From Callorhinchus milii (taxonomy: Eukaryota): DNA of 64,000 nucleotides. The stretch is from positions 51,028,001-51,092,000 of the forward strand of contig NW_024704743.1 of the NCBI RefSeq assembly GCF_018977255.1, in the 5' to 3' direction. Positions 38,470 to 51,959 of the stretch are shown in pieces. The position numbers and the translations under genes were made by a program. The stretch's first letter is position 1; each line of letters opens with the position of its first letter. Below the pieces are notes generated by a model. It saw only the letters and a list, made by a program, of their open reading frames with translations. It made no database searches and was not told the DNA's origin.

Positions 38470-41400
38470 ACATTTTGAAGCCTGGGAAGAAGGAACAAGG
38501 TGGAGGGACTCTGGGAAGGAGAGAATGGGAGCAGAATGGCTTAAAGCTTGCCCACCGATGTTAGAGAAGATTAGGCAGGATATCTGTAATATGTTTACAT
38601 GAAAACCAAATCACAAGGGAAGTTCAGATAAAGAATTCCCCTTGACTGATCTGATTATCTGATCTGACCCTTTTAGAATATCAACCTATGATCTTTGCAT
38701 TACTGTATGAAGCTGCTGATCCCCCCTGTGTCCCGGAGTAAGAAATCTAATATCAAAGTTTTATATGTAAAATTTTGGCTTTTTTTTCAATAGTTACATT
38801 GGAAGCAGATTGTTATAAAATGGCTATCAGAATATTATTATTTTAGTGTGAGAATACTATTTATTTCTTGATTTGATTTTGAAATACAGAGATCTAATGC
38901 ATATGTATTTATAAAACTATTGTTATAATAACAATCCTTACATTTGGTTTGGCTGCTTTCACATTGGGAGAAGTCCCTTCTCTAACTTATTCCACTACCA
39001 CTTTGACCATTATGCTTGAAAGCCAACAGGGAAAAGCCCTTACATTATCCCACCACTGATTACCACAGTATACCCTTTCAATCAGAGCTCCATTTCATCA
39101 TTTACCTAGCAGTTTTGAGGTATATTTCTCTTATTACATCTTCCCAATGTGAAAGCACTATATAAATGCAATTTGTTGTTGTTTTTGATATTATTAATAT
39201 AGTAAAAACACAGTTTTGGTGCTTTGGCCTCAAGTGGCAATCTCTCACTCATTCAGTGACCATAATAGAAGGGTTTGAAAATAATAGTACTGATAATTCT
39301 GTCTTTTGCACTTTTTTTATGTTGTTTTTAAATGTCACGGGTCATTCTGAAACAAGAATGATCTGAATTCAGTAGAATTTAAGTATTCATGAGAAAACTT
39401 GAAATGCCTCAAGTCAGGACTCGTTGAGTTTTCAGTTTGATTCAGGTCTCACTTTGACGTGAGATAATTGGTTTCATTTTATAGATAAAAAGAGCAGCGA
39501 TCACCAGGAATCTCAAATAAAAATAGTAACTGCTGGAGACAAACGGCAGGTGGATCAGTGTTTCAAAAAGGAAGGATGGGTCACACCTTTCTGATCTGAT
39601 CATTGGTTCCTTTTTATTTGATCATTGTGGTTAAATAACACTGATGTCTTTTTAAGATGAATTTGTCATTCGTCACTGATCTGAATATAGACTGTTTTGA
39701 AGAATAGTGACACAATAAAAATAGCTATATATTATATATGCATATATGCTATTCTGCATCAACAATGAGGCAGAGGTAAATGCTTATTTATAATTAGCAC
39801 ATTACACGTATTTAATTGGGATAATGGTAAATGCAAGAAGACTGTGGAAAATCAGATTGACTATGTCACGGAGAGAGAGTTATGATGGAACAAGAATCTC
39901 ATGAACATTTGCCTGCCTTCTCTAACTTCAAAGCAAGTGCCTTGTTCTTTCCGTTATTCACAACATACCACAACTAGCTAATGAATGATAAACTATTCTC
40001 TTCTCTTCCCTCCCCCTCCCGGCTGCTTTTTTTTAGGCTTTTTGATTTATTAACAATGCGCTCATGTTGCCAATGAGTCATTGTGCAAGTTTAGATGGAT
40101 TGATTCATTCCACGCACTGCATTGTACCTTTTGCTTGATCTGTAGCATGTGGACAAACCTTTCAATCACCAAGGAAGGAAGACGCCAGGTTTTAAGGGCC
40201 TCACAATTTATGAGTTTAATATTAACCTAGATGTAAATTAATATACAAGACTTGTACAGTTCAGAAGATAAACAATAATGCATTTTAATTGCTGCTGCCA
40301 ATGCACAGAATATGCATTTATAAATCTACTCTGGAGCATAAGTAAGCTTCTTTATCTGCCTCACTTCATGCACCCACAGTAGAATGGTTTAGAAAGCAGT
40401 AAATGAATAAACACGATTGGAAATGTTGAGTCATGGCAACCTGGGTGCTAAATAATGATATTTGATGTGATGAATAGACACCATTGCAATTTGTGTTCCT
40501 GTCAAATGACTCAACTGTAAGATTGAATTAAACCATTTCTCCACAATTTGGCACCTAGAATAAGGAGGGCTATCTGTCCCATGGTCCTGGGGCCTGGTCC
40601 AATGGTGCCGGGAATCATTTTAATGATGCCAGGGATTAGTCCGAAGCCACATCACTGCAAGCAGCTTTGGGTTCAGTGACTATCACCAAGTTGAGGTTGC
40701 ATGGCATGATGGGCAGGCATGTTCATGGCCAATCATCAATTGGGACAGGACCAAAAGCAAAAATTCTGATTGTGTGATAATATTACAACGAATGTCAGAT
40801 TTGTCACCCAGTGAGTTAAAAGCAGTGATTCACTCATTATCTTGCTGCTGCTTGTAATCCCATAAAAGAACTGAGCTTCACTCTCAAGGTTTATTATTTA
40901 ATTAGAAACATTCACTGTTACTGTGTTTTAACATCCAGACACAATTTGTCTTATCCTATATTTAACTATAACTATGCAACTCTCTCTACATGTGCATGCA
41001 TTTATGCATATATGTAGATATGTAGGCATTTCTAATCTAAAGAGACAATGTATTGAGATAGATAAAATATTGTAGATAAATCAGACCATACCTTTTAAAA
41101 TTAACAAAACATTTCACACATTTTGCTATTATTGTAATTTTGTCAATGTTCATAGAAATAAAATATGTTGAAGAATGATAGCACTTGGTATGAATTCAGC
41201 AAGATCGTATTCTCATTTTAAATGAAAAGCATAAACCAATAGTGAGGTCTTCATTCCATTAACATCTTTAAACTAGCCATTTCTTAAGTGTCGTGAGAAA
41301 TTTTCTCTTAAAAAGCAATTGTGCAGTCTGCTGACTGAGGCAAATCTAAGCTTTTCTCTCTTGCATTTAAATTATCAGTGTGGTAGAATACAAGAAATTC

Positions 41401-42270
41401 AAATGTTCCCTTTTTTATATTAAGATTTATTTTGTGTTCGGAGGTTAACATTTGTGTACAACAAAGGGACAATACGGTCCTGGTATGACACCCTGTAAAA
41501 CTATCTGTTTATTCAGTGCTGCAGAAGACATTTAGTCCAGAGAAAGGGTCTAGACTGGAGCCATGTTTCGAGTCCCTGCACAAGGGCATATCTCTAGTTT
41601 CAGTGTGCTAATGGAAATGGCTATTTTAGTGGCATTGATTGACTGCTTTGTTTCTCCAAATGGGCAAGTTCTAATATCTGGAAGAAAATGGATCATAATT
41701 GCTTTGAAGTGTAGCAATGACAAAATCCTGAGCCAGATGATCAAATTCCAAGCAAAATGTCTTTCAAAAGTGAGCCTGTAGGAGGAGCAGTAACACCACA
41801 TTATGGTTCTGTGTAGAAAGTTACCAAGTTCTTCTGTTACATCTGACTTTGGACAAATAAAGAGAAGTGCTTTTGCAAGTTATCGATGTACTGATACTCC
41901 ATACTCAATAACTAATGGTGGAGAAAACATTTAAAATAATCCCATATTTCAAAGTTTTATAAAGTAAGGCAGTTCCTGTTTTGTTGCATGCAGTTGTTAT
42001 GTCTCATGTTCAAAACACAAAGGTAACAAAATAGATTTTCTAGATGTTAGAGTCAGGGCACAATTTCAATCAGAAAGCAATTTGTGGAACAAGTACTTGT
42101 ATTGTGCTTACTTATGACTCCATATATACATATAGCCATATATGCAGCAGAATCCATATTTTCTGTAATAGCTTGAAACTGGTGTGAAAAAACTGGATAC
42201 AATCAAAATGATCTTTATACAGTATTCTGTGAAAGCTCTAATACACAAGAAAACATGTAATTTTGTCGTA

Positions 42271-42968
42271 AATACAAATACCATCTGTATAGCGCCTTTC
42301 ACGTCGGAAGGACATTCCAAGGTGCTGAACAGTCAGAGTTTCGGACCTGAGCTGGAGATCGGGATTGAGGAAGGTGGAGGTCAAGGGGGGAAGCAGGATG
42401 ATCGAAAGAACAGTCGAAGAGGAGGGTCTTAAGATGGGCCTTGAAGGAGGCAAGGGAGGAGGCGAGGCGAAGGGACTGTGGGATGGAGTTCCAGAGGGTG
42501 GGGGCAAAGTTGCAGAAGGCCCACCCGCCAATGGTGGGGCAGGTGAGGTGGGTGAAGCAGGCCGGAGCCTGCTGGCCATGGAGAGCTTTGAAGGTGAGGA
42601 CCAGGATCTTGAACTGTATCTTCTGTGTGATGGGAAGCCAGTGCAGTCGGGCGAGGATGGGGGTGATAGGGTCACCGCGCCTAGTAACGGGGAGGACATG
42701 GGCTGCAGAGTTCTGGATGATCTGCAGCCTATGGAGGGAAGAGATGGGGAGGCCGACAAGCAAGGAGTTTGCATAGTTGAGCCTCGATGCTACGAATGCA
42801 TATATGAGGGTTTCGGCAGCCTGTGCTGTGAGACAGTGGCAGAGCCAGGCGATGTTGCGGACGTGGGGGAAGGCAGAACAGGTCATGGCACGGATGTGGG
42901 ATAGAAAGAATAGTTGAGGGTCAAACAAGACGCCAAGGTTCCGGACCGGTTTAGTGAGGTGGAGTGCA
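42271..42968 (-). mobile_element. 5'-truncated L2 LINE
   Basis: VRNLGVLFDP...AETLIYAFVASRLNYANSLLVGLP...IQNSAA...LHWLPITQKIQFKIL...FKAHLKTLLF. Confidence 0.95.
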
Positions 42969-44400
42969 CATATAAAATATGAGTCTTGAACTTGCTCTAA
43001 GTAAAAATTCCTCTTATTTTTCTTTATTGCTCACCAGTAAGTGAACAAAAAAAAAGTTATGTGTGGGTTGGGGGGGGTATTCCACATTTTTTTTCCCCCA
43101 AAGTATAAAGCAGAAGTAACAGCAACAAACTGATCAGTCACCTAGATTATACAGTCACTACACTTTACAGTACATCCTGTGAGATATCCCACTGACATCA
43201 AATATACTATATCAAATGCAAGGATTACCATTTATGATTATCTTTGTAAATATATTTTGTTATGAAGGATTATATCTCTGACAGTTTTGTTCTTGTAGAG
43301 CCCAAGCATCTCACTAATTAGATATCATCAGAAATAACATTATAAAAATATAGAAACATCACTAGAACATCAGGACTTTAGAAATTTGCATTTTGAAGAA
43401 TTGATTTTCATTAAAACCCAGAAAGTTGCCCATTTCTGTAGTTGAATTGAAAGCCGTGTCTGTTTTTTCAGTTATTGTAGGTAGTGAAATAGAATTATCC
43501 AACTACTTCATCAAAACTGAATCTTTTTGTGTAACTTTTTTGTAAATTTAATAGCAGATCAGATTGTAACAGACCATAGATTGTAATTAGAATTTTTTTA
43601 TTAAAGGAAGTCATCATGGCTCTCCTGGCCGACCTAAAGCAATGTTCTACAATATCAAATGCTCTCTCTGGCTGTGAGATGGCTGAAACACATTGTCTGA
43701 AGCGGATCACATCTCGTTTTCATGGCAACTGTCAGACCCAATTGTTCAGGGGCTTGGATTTCAAAATCTTCCTGAGTGCTTAATTCCATTATATATTTGG
43801 AGGGAAAGGTAAAGGATGTCTAAAAATACTGTAATAATGAAAGAAGAAACTTAGTTCCCCACCGACAGTTCTCTACTTCGGTTCCTTCCTGCTTGCCAAC
43901 ATTACAGGAGAAAGTCTCAAAATATACCAAACATTGATATAAATATACAGATTCATAAAGATCAGGCTGTTTGGCCCATCGAGCCCAAACTGGTGCCAGC
44001 TCCTCCTCGACACCCAACTATTTGATCCCCAAATTCTGCTTCAACCACAGTTTCTGTCAGTGAATTCCACAATCTCACCCTCTGTGTAAAGAAATTCCTT
44101 TTAGATCTTTTAGATTTATTGGTGGCTTTTGTCTCCCCATTATAGACTTGTCAACAAGTGGAAATATTCTATTTATGTAAGTATATTTATATTTAGAGAT
44201 ATACCTCAAAGACTGTTGTGATACACCTTTGAGGTAGACACATTCCTATCAGTTCTAAAACATTACCAATTACTGAAAATGTGTCACGAAGGTTTGATAC
44301 TGACATTTCATTCTCTGCAATTTATGGAGCTTTCTATTTTACATAACTGAGCTTCCCTGTTTGGGTTTTGCCATTGAAGTTCTATTACAGTTCCTTTGTC

Positions 44401-44668
44401 TGTCAGTTTGGCTCATTTGGTAACCCTCTCAGCTCAAGGTCAGAATGTTGTTGGTTCAAGACCCATGGTGGGACTTGAGCAAATAGGTACTATCTATTGA
44501 ATGAAACATCCTGTCTGCCTATTCAGATTAATGTTAAAGATTCTGTAACACTATTTGAATAATAAGTTTCTCCAAGTGACCCAGCTAACAATCCAAATAT
44601 GTTTATCATTCACCTCCTGGTGGGTTGTAGGATCTTGCTCGTGTAAATAGCTGCACATTTGCCTATAG
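44401..44668 (+). mobile_element. SacSINE1-like SINE
   Basis: tgtcagtttggctcatttggtaaccctctc...ggttcaagaccca...gacttgagc; aaagattctgtaacactatttgaa. Confidence 0.7.
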
Positions 44669-45320
44669 TCATAAAAACATGGGTTTGTGCAAAAGAAGAC
44701 CAAGATCCATCTTCCAAGGTTCACCTTCCACCATTCTGGCAGTCGCTTGACATGTCGTGTCCCAAACTATATAATGTCCCAAGATATTATTTTCTAGCAG
44801 GTTTCTATCTAATTTGCTTTTGAAACATATGACATTTTCTGCTTCCACTGTCACCCTAGGTAATAATAATAATAATCCTTGCATTTGATATAGCGCTTTT
44901 TACGTCTTCTAGGCGTCCCAAAGCGCTTCACAAAATATACTGTAAAGTAAATTGACTATATTTGTGGGCGAACGTGGCAGTCAATTGCGCACAGCAGTGT
45001 CCCACAAACAGTCATGGATTGAAAATGACCAATTTATTATTGTTTTTTTTTTGAAGGGATTATTATCAGGCGTGTGGAGTAAGGAAACTTACCCAAGGTT
45101 TCGCCCTCTGCCTGGAATTGAACTCAGGTCTCTCACTTGCAAAGCGAGTGCTCTAACCACTGAGTTACAGGTCTCCACGTAGCCTGGAGAAATTTATGGA
45201 ACAGGTAGCCTGTTCCATAAATTTGCTACTGTCCCACGGAAGTAGCGTTTCCGTAGATTTGTTCTGAATTTACCCCCCTTCAGTCGTAGGCCGTATCCTC
45301 TGGTTCTGCTGTTCAGTACA
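44669..45320 (-). mobile_element. CR1 3' fragment split by a SINE
   Basis: NSRTRGYGLRLKGGKFRTNLRKRYF...NLWNRLP and RVTVEAENVICFKSKLDR lie on either side of the SINE. Confidence 0.88.
44861..45178 (-). mobile_element. tRNA-Ala-headed SINE, internally deleted subfamily, nested in CR1
   Basis: Highly similar to 38154-38469, including the deletion. Confidence 0.92.
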
Positions 45321-45336
45321 AGTATACTTATACTAT

Positions 45337-45460
45337 ATAATAATCCTTGCATTTGATATAGCAACTTATCATGTCTTCTAGATGTCTCAAAGCACTTCAC
45401 AGAATATAAAATATAAGCAGTGTCCCACAAACAGTCATGGATTGAGTGATCAAATTTCTT
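45337..45460 (-). mobile_element. SINE 3' fragment
   Basis: ataataatccttgcatttgatatagc...cagtgtcccacaaacagtcatggattgagtga. Confidence 0.8.
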
Positions 45461-46789
45461 GATAATAATCCAATGATTATTATTAATTATTTAAAAAGCA
45501 GAATTGAATATCTTTGACAATAATTATAATTCAATAATCTTTGCAGTTTGTATAGTTTGCAGTTTATATAGTAAACTAACATCATGTCGACTGGACATTC
45601 TCAAAATACTTCACAGGATTCATTGTAAAGTGTAGTGACTGTATTTTTGTAGGGCAACATCTACATCTCATAAGATAAAGTGCTAAAAAGCTTTTTCTTT
45701 ACTACCTATTAGCCATTATGTATGTCACATTGTGATACCTTCTTGCTTCTCAGCATATTATAGGTATGAAGGGGAGCTTCATGAGACATAATAAATGTGT
45801 GGCCCTCTCATCGACTGAGGGAGAACATTTTTTTAGAAATAAATATCCACATACAACGTTTCAAATTTATTAAGGGTCCAAATTGTAAACTGAATTTATT
45901 ATATTAATTGCTGCATTAGTTTGCATATTAACAGATTGGAAAACTCGCACCAATAAATTGCAAATCGCAAGCTGGCAGAGTCCATAAGAAAGTCATTGAG
46001 TAAAACACTGGGAATCCATTAGCATATTTGCTTGACGTCTTTTTTCAGACTTTGTGCCAACTTGGGATTTGTAGCACACAGGCTGTAAATTTTGGAATTC
46101 ATTTCAAATTTGGTTGGTGAATATTGCCTATTTGTCAATAAAAAGTCCCCTTGTCATGGCACAATGTTGTATAGGACCTCCCTCATATCTGTCAGGCAAT
46201 ATGGAACAAATGGTCAAACTCCACATGCCTATAACAACATAAATACATTCTTTCTTTTGAGTCCTGACACATTCACCTTTAATGGAAAAAAAAATTATTT
46301 TATGAATGTAGGGAGGACCCTTGTGCCTGTTCCACATTGCTGAAATCATCCAATATCTTATACTTAACCCAGTAACCTTATGTTAAACCTAGTTATTCCT
46401 TGTTTCAAAGAATTTCCATGAATGTGCATTCACTTCCCTGTTAAATTGAAAGGCTACCTTCTCAATTCTGCATGGTCTGCGAAAGGTTTAACATCTCTTT
46501 GATACTTGGAGAGACTTTATTTCCCTAGAGTTAAAATATGATCCTTTTAGCTAATGAAGTGAAGAATTGCTGATTATAATCCTCCACCTTAAATGTAGAA
46601 TTCTGAGATTCCCAGCAGTTTGACTGTGATATTGTAATACATTTATTTCCACATAAATTTTCCAAGGTGGTGATAGTTGCTCACCAGAATTCAGAGGTAA
46701 CTGTCCATCTCTACCATTTATACACACAATTCATACTTTTTCATCTTGTTTTGAGTGGAATTTCTTTTGCTGAAGGGACACATCCTGCT

Positions 46790-47330
46790 TACTGTGTGCA
46801 ATTTTTGGTCTCCTTATTTAAGGAAGGATGTACTTGCCTTGGAGGGGGTGCAGCGTAGATTTACTAGGTTAGTACCAGGGATGAAGGGGATGAGTTACGA
46901 GGATAGGCTGACCAATTTGGGCCTATATTCTCTAGAATATAGAAGAATTAGAGGGGATCTTATAGAAACCTATAAGATCATCAAAGGGCATGATAGAGTA
47001 GATAGTGGGAGATTGTTTCCCCTGGTTGGAGAAACTAAAACCAAGGGTCACCCTTAAAATCAGAGGTCAGCCCTTTCGCACCGAGTTGAGGAAAAACTTC
47101 TTCACTCAAAGGGTGGTGAATCGTTATCCCAAAGGGCTGCTGACGCTCAGTCCTTGAACATATTCAAGACTGAGATAGATAGATTTCTTATTGCAAAAGG
47201 GATTAAGGGATATGGGGATAAGGCAGGGTTAGGTTATTAGCTGGAGTTAGATTAGAAGATCAGCTATGATTGAATGGCGGGGCAGGCTCGAAGGGCTGAA
47301 TGGCCTACTCCTGCCCCTACATGTTATGTT
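46790..47330 (+). mobile_element. 5'-truncated CR1 LINE (ORF2 C-terminus plus 3' UTR)
   Basis: FWSPYLRKDVLALEGVQRRFTRLVPGMKG.SYEDRL..LGLYSLE.RR.RGDLIETYKI; 3' UTR ggctcgaagggctgaatggcctactcctg. Confidence 0.95.
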
Positions 47331-47465
47331 ACCTAATTCCAGACAGTATTGGGTGTAAGTTGGCAAAAGCTTAGACTTGGGGACCCCCAGAGTATACACT
47401 GGGGCACTGGTGGAGTCTAACCAGCTAAAACTGCATAGTTTACCATTTATATCACTGTAGTTACC
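47329..47465 (+). repeat. Unclassified dispersed repeat, copy C (left part at about 46770-46792, split by CR1)
   Basis: gggacacatcctgctt followed after the CR1 by acctaattccagacagtatt matches contiguous 2020-2055. Confidence 0.8.
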
Positions 47466-49765
47466 AGGAACTCCCTCCCATGGTGCAACACAGTTTACCA
47501 CGAACTGAGTGAGAGCATTGCCTCCACCTTCCTAACTGCAGCTCAGGCACACGTCTGGAAGCCAATCAAGGTGGATTGCAGGCACTGGATGTACAATCGT
47601 AGGTTCACAAATTCAGACTCCAGGTAATAGCCTTCCAGCAGCTGTTGCCCCCAGCCTCAATGTTTCCTCATCAGCTATCTGGTGGACATCTGCCATCAGT
47701 GTGGTCCGAGGACCTTTACAGGACAATTTGTGAAGTGCCAGTCACCTTGAAGCTCTTGAGGTCCAAGGCTAACTCATATAGAACAATATATGAAAAAGTA
47801 TAAAACTCCTTAAGTTTCAATTTAATGTCAGTGTAATCTGCATAAGCACCAGAGCAGTTAATTTATAGGAAAACTATGCACATACATAAGACGTTTCCTC
47901 GTCCCTTGACTGTCGAAATGCATTAATATTTCCCCAACTCTCAAAGATAATAAACATCCAGCAGCTATTTTTTCTGCTTTTTTTTCCCCAACCCCCAACT
48001 AAGTTATCACCATCACTAGATTTTATCTAGTTTAAACAAGATTAATCCAAAAATGTCCTAATTGCAAATGCATGTGAAAAAATGCCCCTGGGTCTAGATT
48101 TACTCCATTCATGTAATCCTTAAAATAATTTACCGAAGAATGGCTTCAAAATGAAGGCTGTATTAAAACAAATTACCAAATTTGGAATGCCCTGACATGT
48201 TATGTCGAGTAAATCTAGAGCCAGATAAAATTACTCTTCACTGATTTCCAGAAATTGAAAGAAATTTCTTCTTGAGAAATGTATACTTTGTTGCAAAACA
48301 TGACAATGAATGTAAAAATCCAAATCTGTAATTATTTCAATAAAAGGTTCATTTTTTGTGGAGTGATTTATGTAATACAAATATTTACATCTCTGCCCTA
48401 GAGTTAGCCATAGTTGTATTCAAAGAGGTCATGGTATTCTTTGGTTTGACATCAGAAATATTAAATGATACTTTTTTTGACTAATAGAGGGCCCATGTGC
48501 CAAAGTAAATTATGAAGCTAATTAGGTTTGATAAATCCATAATCCTCCGTCATTTGGGTATGTCAGCCCAATGGTATGAAAAAGAAAGGCAAATAGAAAG
48601 ACAAATAGTTCCGGCAGACACTGAAAAGAGCCAGACACCATTATGTTCCTTTTTAAGTACAGTAATTTTCTTGTGCTTATTTAGTCTTTCCACTTCCTCC
48701 ATAATAATATGCCAGGAGGATGTCTCAATGCACACCAGAGGATTTCCTATAAAGTATAATGACTGCATATTTTATTGGTCATTGCATTGGCCAATTTGCT
48801 AAGAACAATATCCCACAAACAGCCTAGAAGTGAATGACCAATTGGGGGCTGTTGGACTCCACAATCTTCTGACTTGAAGGAGCGGCTGCTACCAGCTGAG
48901 TCAAGCCGACAACCAATAACCTGATTGACTTATTGTTCAATGTAATGGTTCAAAATATGTGGAACTATCAAAGGTGCTAATACTGCATTTTCACTCCAAT
49001 ATTAAAATTACAGCTGCCAGTAGGAGAGCAATTTCCATTTATTTCAAGCCTTTACTTGTCATTTTCTACAGTTTTCTTTTGCTCCACTTGAATGAAGTTT
49101 AAACAATTTCAAAATAAAATTTATAAAGTTGTAACATTTCCCTGATTTTAATCATCAAACAACATTTAAAAATAACATTTTGCAAATATATGTAGTGTTT
49201 GCATATCCACTGAACTGATCAATGGGATTGTAATGTAAGCAACATATTTGTGACAAAGCCAATTTAGGAAAAGGAGGCAGTGGTGTGGACATGTCGGGTA
49301 CCTGGTCAAGCAAAACATTCACATTGCACTCCATCCAAATGAGATCAAGTACATTAATACTATAAAAATAAAGAGACTTACAAGACAATTTGGCCCATAG
49401 TGTCTGTGCTGGCTCTTTGAAAGAGCATTTAGTCCCGTATACCTACCTTTTTTCATCATACCCTTCATCATCACCATCCATGCCCTAATATGGATCCAAT
49501 CTTGACCAGACCCAACAGGTTTAAAAAATCCCAGACCTTTGGGAAAAAACTACCATTACCAGCATTCTGGCACATTTATGAATGTATGATCCCTGTCAAA
49601 CTGCATTCTGTCTCATATTGGCAGTGAAACGTTTCATGGAGATACTACTGCAGAGGCCTTAGCCACAGTCCAAGTCAAATTTCCTGTTAATAAGGTATAT
49701 TTACAGTATAGATTTGTGCTTTATAAAAACAATATGGTTGAGGCTCTTTAAGGAGAATCAATACC

Positions 49766-50473
49766 CTTTCTTCCTCATATCCGCTCCACAACTGGCACCG
49801 CCTTCCATCACCTCCCGAATATCGCCAGATTACGGCACGACCTCACCTCTCACGCTGCTGAAATGCCTTTATCACCTCAAGGCTGGACTATGGGAACTCT
49901 CTCCTCGCCGGCCTTCCCGGCACCTCCCTCCACAAGCTGCAGGTCATTCAGAACTCTGCAGCTCGTGTACTGTCCCGCACCAGGCTTCGGGACCACATCA
50001 CTCCCACCCTCGCTTGCCTCCACTGGCTCCCCATCCCCCAGAGGATCAAATTCAAGATCCTCATCCTCACCTACAAGGCCATTCACGGCCTTGCTCCCTC
50101 CTACCTCTCCGACCTACTATCCCCCTACTTCCTGCCCGTATCCTCCGTTCCTCATCTGCTCCACATCCCCCGCCTTAACCGCTCTACCATCGGTGGCCGG
50201 GCCTTCAGTCTCTCAGCCCCTAGGCTCTGGAACTCCATCCCCCAGTGCCTTCACCTTGCTTCCTCCCTTTCCTCCTTCAAGGCCAGTCTCAAGACCTTTC
50301 TCTTCGACCGTGCCTTCAGCTCCCCTCTCCACTCTGTACCCCCTCCTCACTCCCTCCCTTCCCTCACCCTGACCATTTCCCCCCTGCTCAGGTCCCGACC
50401 CAACTGTCCAGCGCCTTGGGACGTCCTCCTGACGTGAAAGGCGCTCTACAAATGAAATCTTGTTGTTGTTGTT
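49766..50473 (+). mobile_element. 5'-truncated L2 LINE
   Basis: aagctgcaggtcattcagaactctgcagct (KLQVIQNSAA), ctccactggctcccc (LHWLP), (TTG)n tail. Confidence 0.95.
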
Positions 50474-50563
50474 CTTCTCATTGCAAAGCATTTTTAAACT
50501 TAACTGCTCATACATCATACAGAATTATATTTGCTCACTTGTTACACAATACAATTTACATTT

Positions 50564-51085
50564 ACAACAACAAGATTACATTTGTATAGCGCCTTTCACG
50601 TCGGGAGGACGTCCCATGGTGTCTTTCACGTTGGGAGGATATCTTCAAAGAGGTACATAACCAAAGTCAAAGAGGTACATCTTAAGATGGAACTTGAACA
50701 AATAAGGGAGGTAGTGGGACTCCAGGATGGAACACCAGAGAACAGGGACAGAGTAATGTGTAATGACTGTGTTTTGTAGGTGAACAGTGAAAGCCCAAGT
50801 GTCAATGGTAGGGCTATAAGGTGGGGAACATTAAATCGGCCAGTGTTTGTTGAGTGAAGAAAGTGGCGGGGTTGGTATGGTTGGAGGAGGTAGGGGAGGG
50901 TGAGTCCATGGAAAGATTTGAAGAGAACAAGGATCTGGAATTTGATCCTCTGGGGGACAAGGAGCCAATGGAGTAAAGCCTTGTATGGGAAAGGACATGA
51001 GCTACAGAGTTTGATTAGTCTACAGCTTGTGTAAAAAAAGAATTGGAGAGTCCAATGAGCAGGACATTAGTACAATCAATGTTGC
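50564..51085 (-). mobile_element. L2 tail plus older degraded L2 body
   Basis: acaacaacaagattacatttgtatagcgcctttcacg; gatttgaag...ggatctggaatttgatcctctgggggacaaggagccaatggag. Confidence 0.75.
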
Positions 51086-51959
51086 AATATATTGCTGTGT
51101 TGTTTGGGACTTGAGGCCTGAAACCCCTTATGATCTTAGCTTACATATATATTAAAAGTTTAAGATCGTGCAGAATTTTGGAAAACAGTGTTCAATTCTA
51201 AAAGCCTCCTGAAAACCTAGCTCTTTGTCAGTGCTTATAGTCACTTCTTTCCACCCTACTTAGCGTCTGTCATCACCTTTGTAAACTACATGAAATGTTA
51301 CCTTACATCAAAGATGTTATACAAATGCAAGTTGGCATTAGGCATTTGGAAGTAATCAAATGCAACAATTACTTCAAATTTTATGTTGTTTCACCATTGA
51401 GTGCTAAAGGATGGAGAAGTCACCTGGGAGCAGAGCTACTAAAGTGATGAGCACCTCAAACTTGGCATAGGGTCAGAACAGAGACAAATATCTACCAACC
51501 TGGAGAAAGTCAGTACAGAGCATCAGAGTAAGAGAGCTTGGCCAACACATTCATAGATGATGAAAGGACAGTTTATCCACTGGCCCAGTTGATGCATGTT
51601 CTAAATATGGGAATGAAAACCAATTTTGAAGGTAGTGATAACTATTCCCAAGAGTCAGTGCTATTCATTTTACAGTTCTGCCATCATCAGAAACACTGCA
51701 CTATTAAACATGGAAACAAATTCACCTTTAGAATTCTTTTCCCGGAGTGAATCAGAATAAATAAACATACCCATATAAACATCTGCTGCAGATCCTGTAA
51801 ATTAAAATACAGAGCAGTGGAAGGGTCACAGCATCTATAAACAGCAACACACACAGAACCCATGTGCGTGTGGGCAGTTTGCATTTTAAAACCAGCTGAA
51901 TGAGTTCAGTTGTGTACACCGCTTAAGAAGTAGCAATTTCCATCCTTTTTCATTTTGTT

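Noticed and set aside
42238..42928. Long overlapping ORFs (up to 221 aa) here and at 2362-2986, 21812-22562, 49714-50589 and 53052-53677
   Set aside because: All lie within truncated L2 copies; they are ORF2 remnants or GC-rich alternative and antisense frames, not host genes
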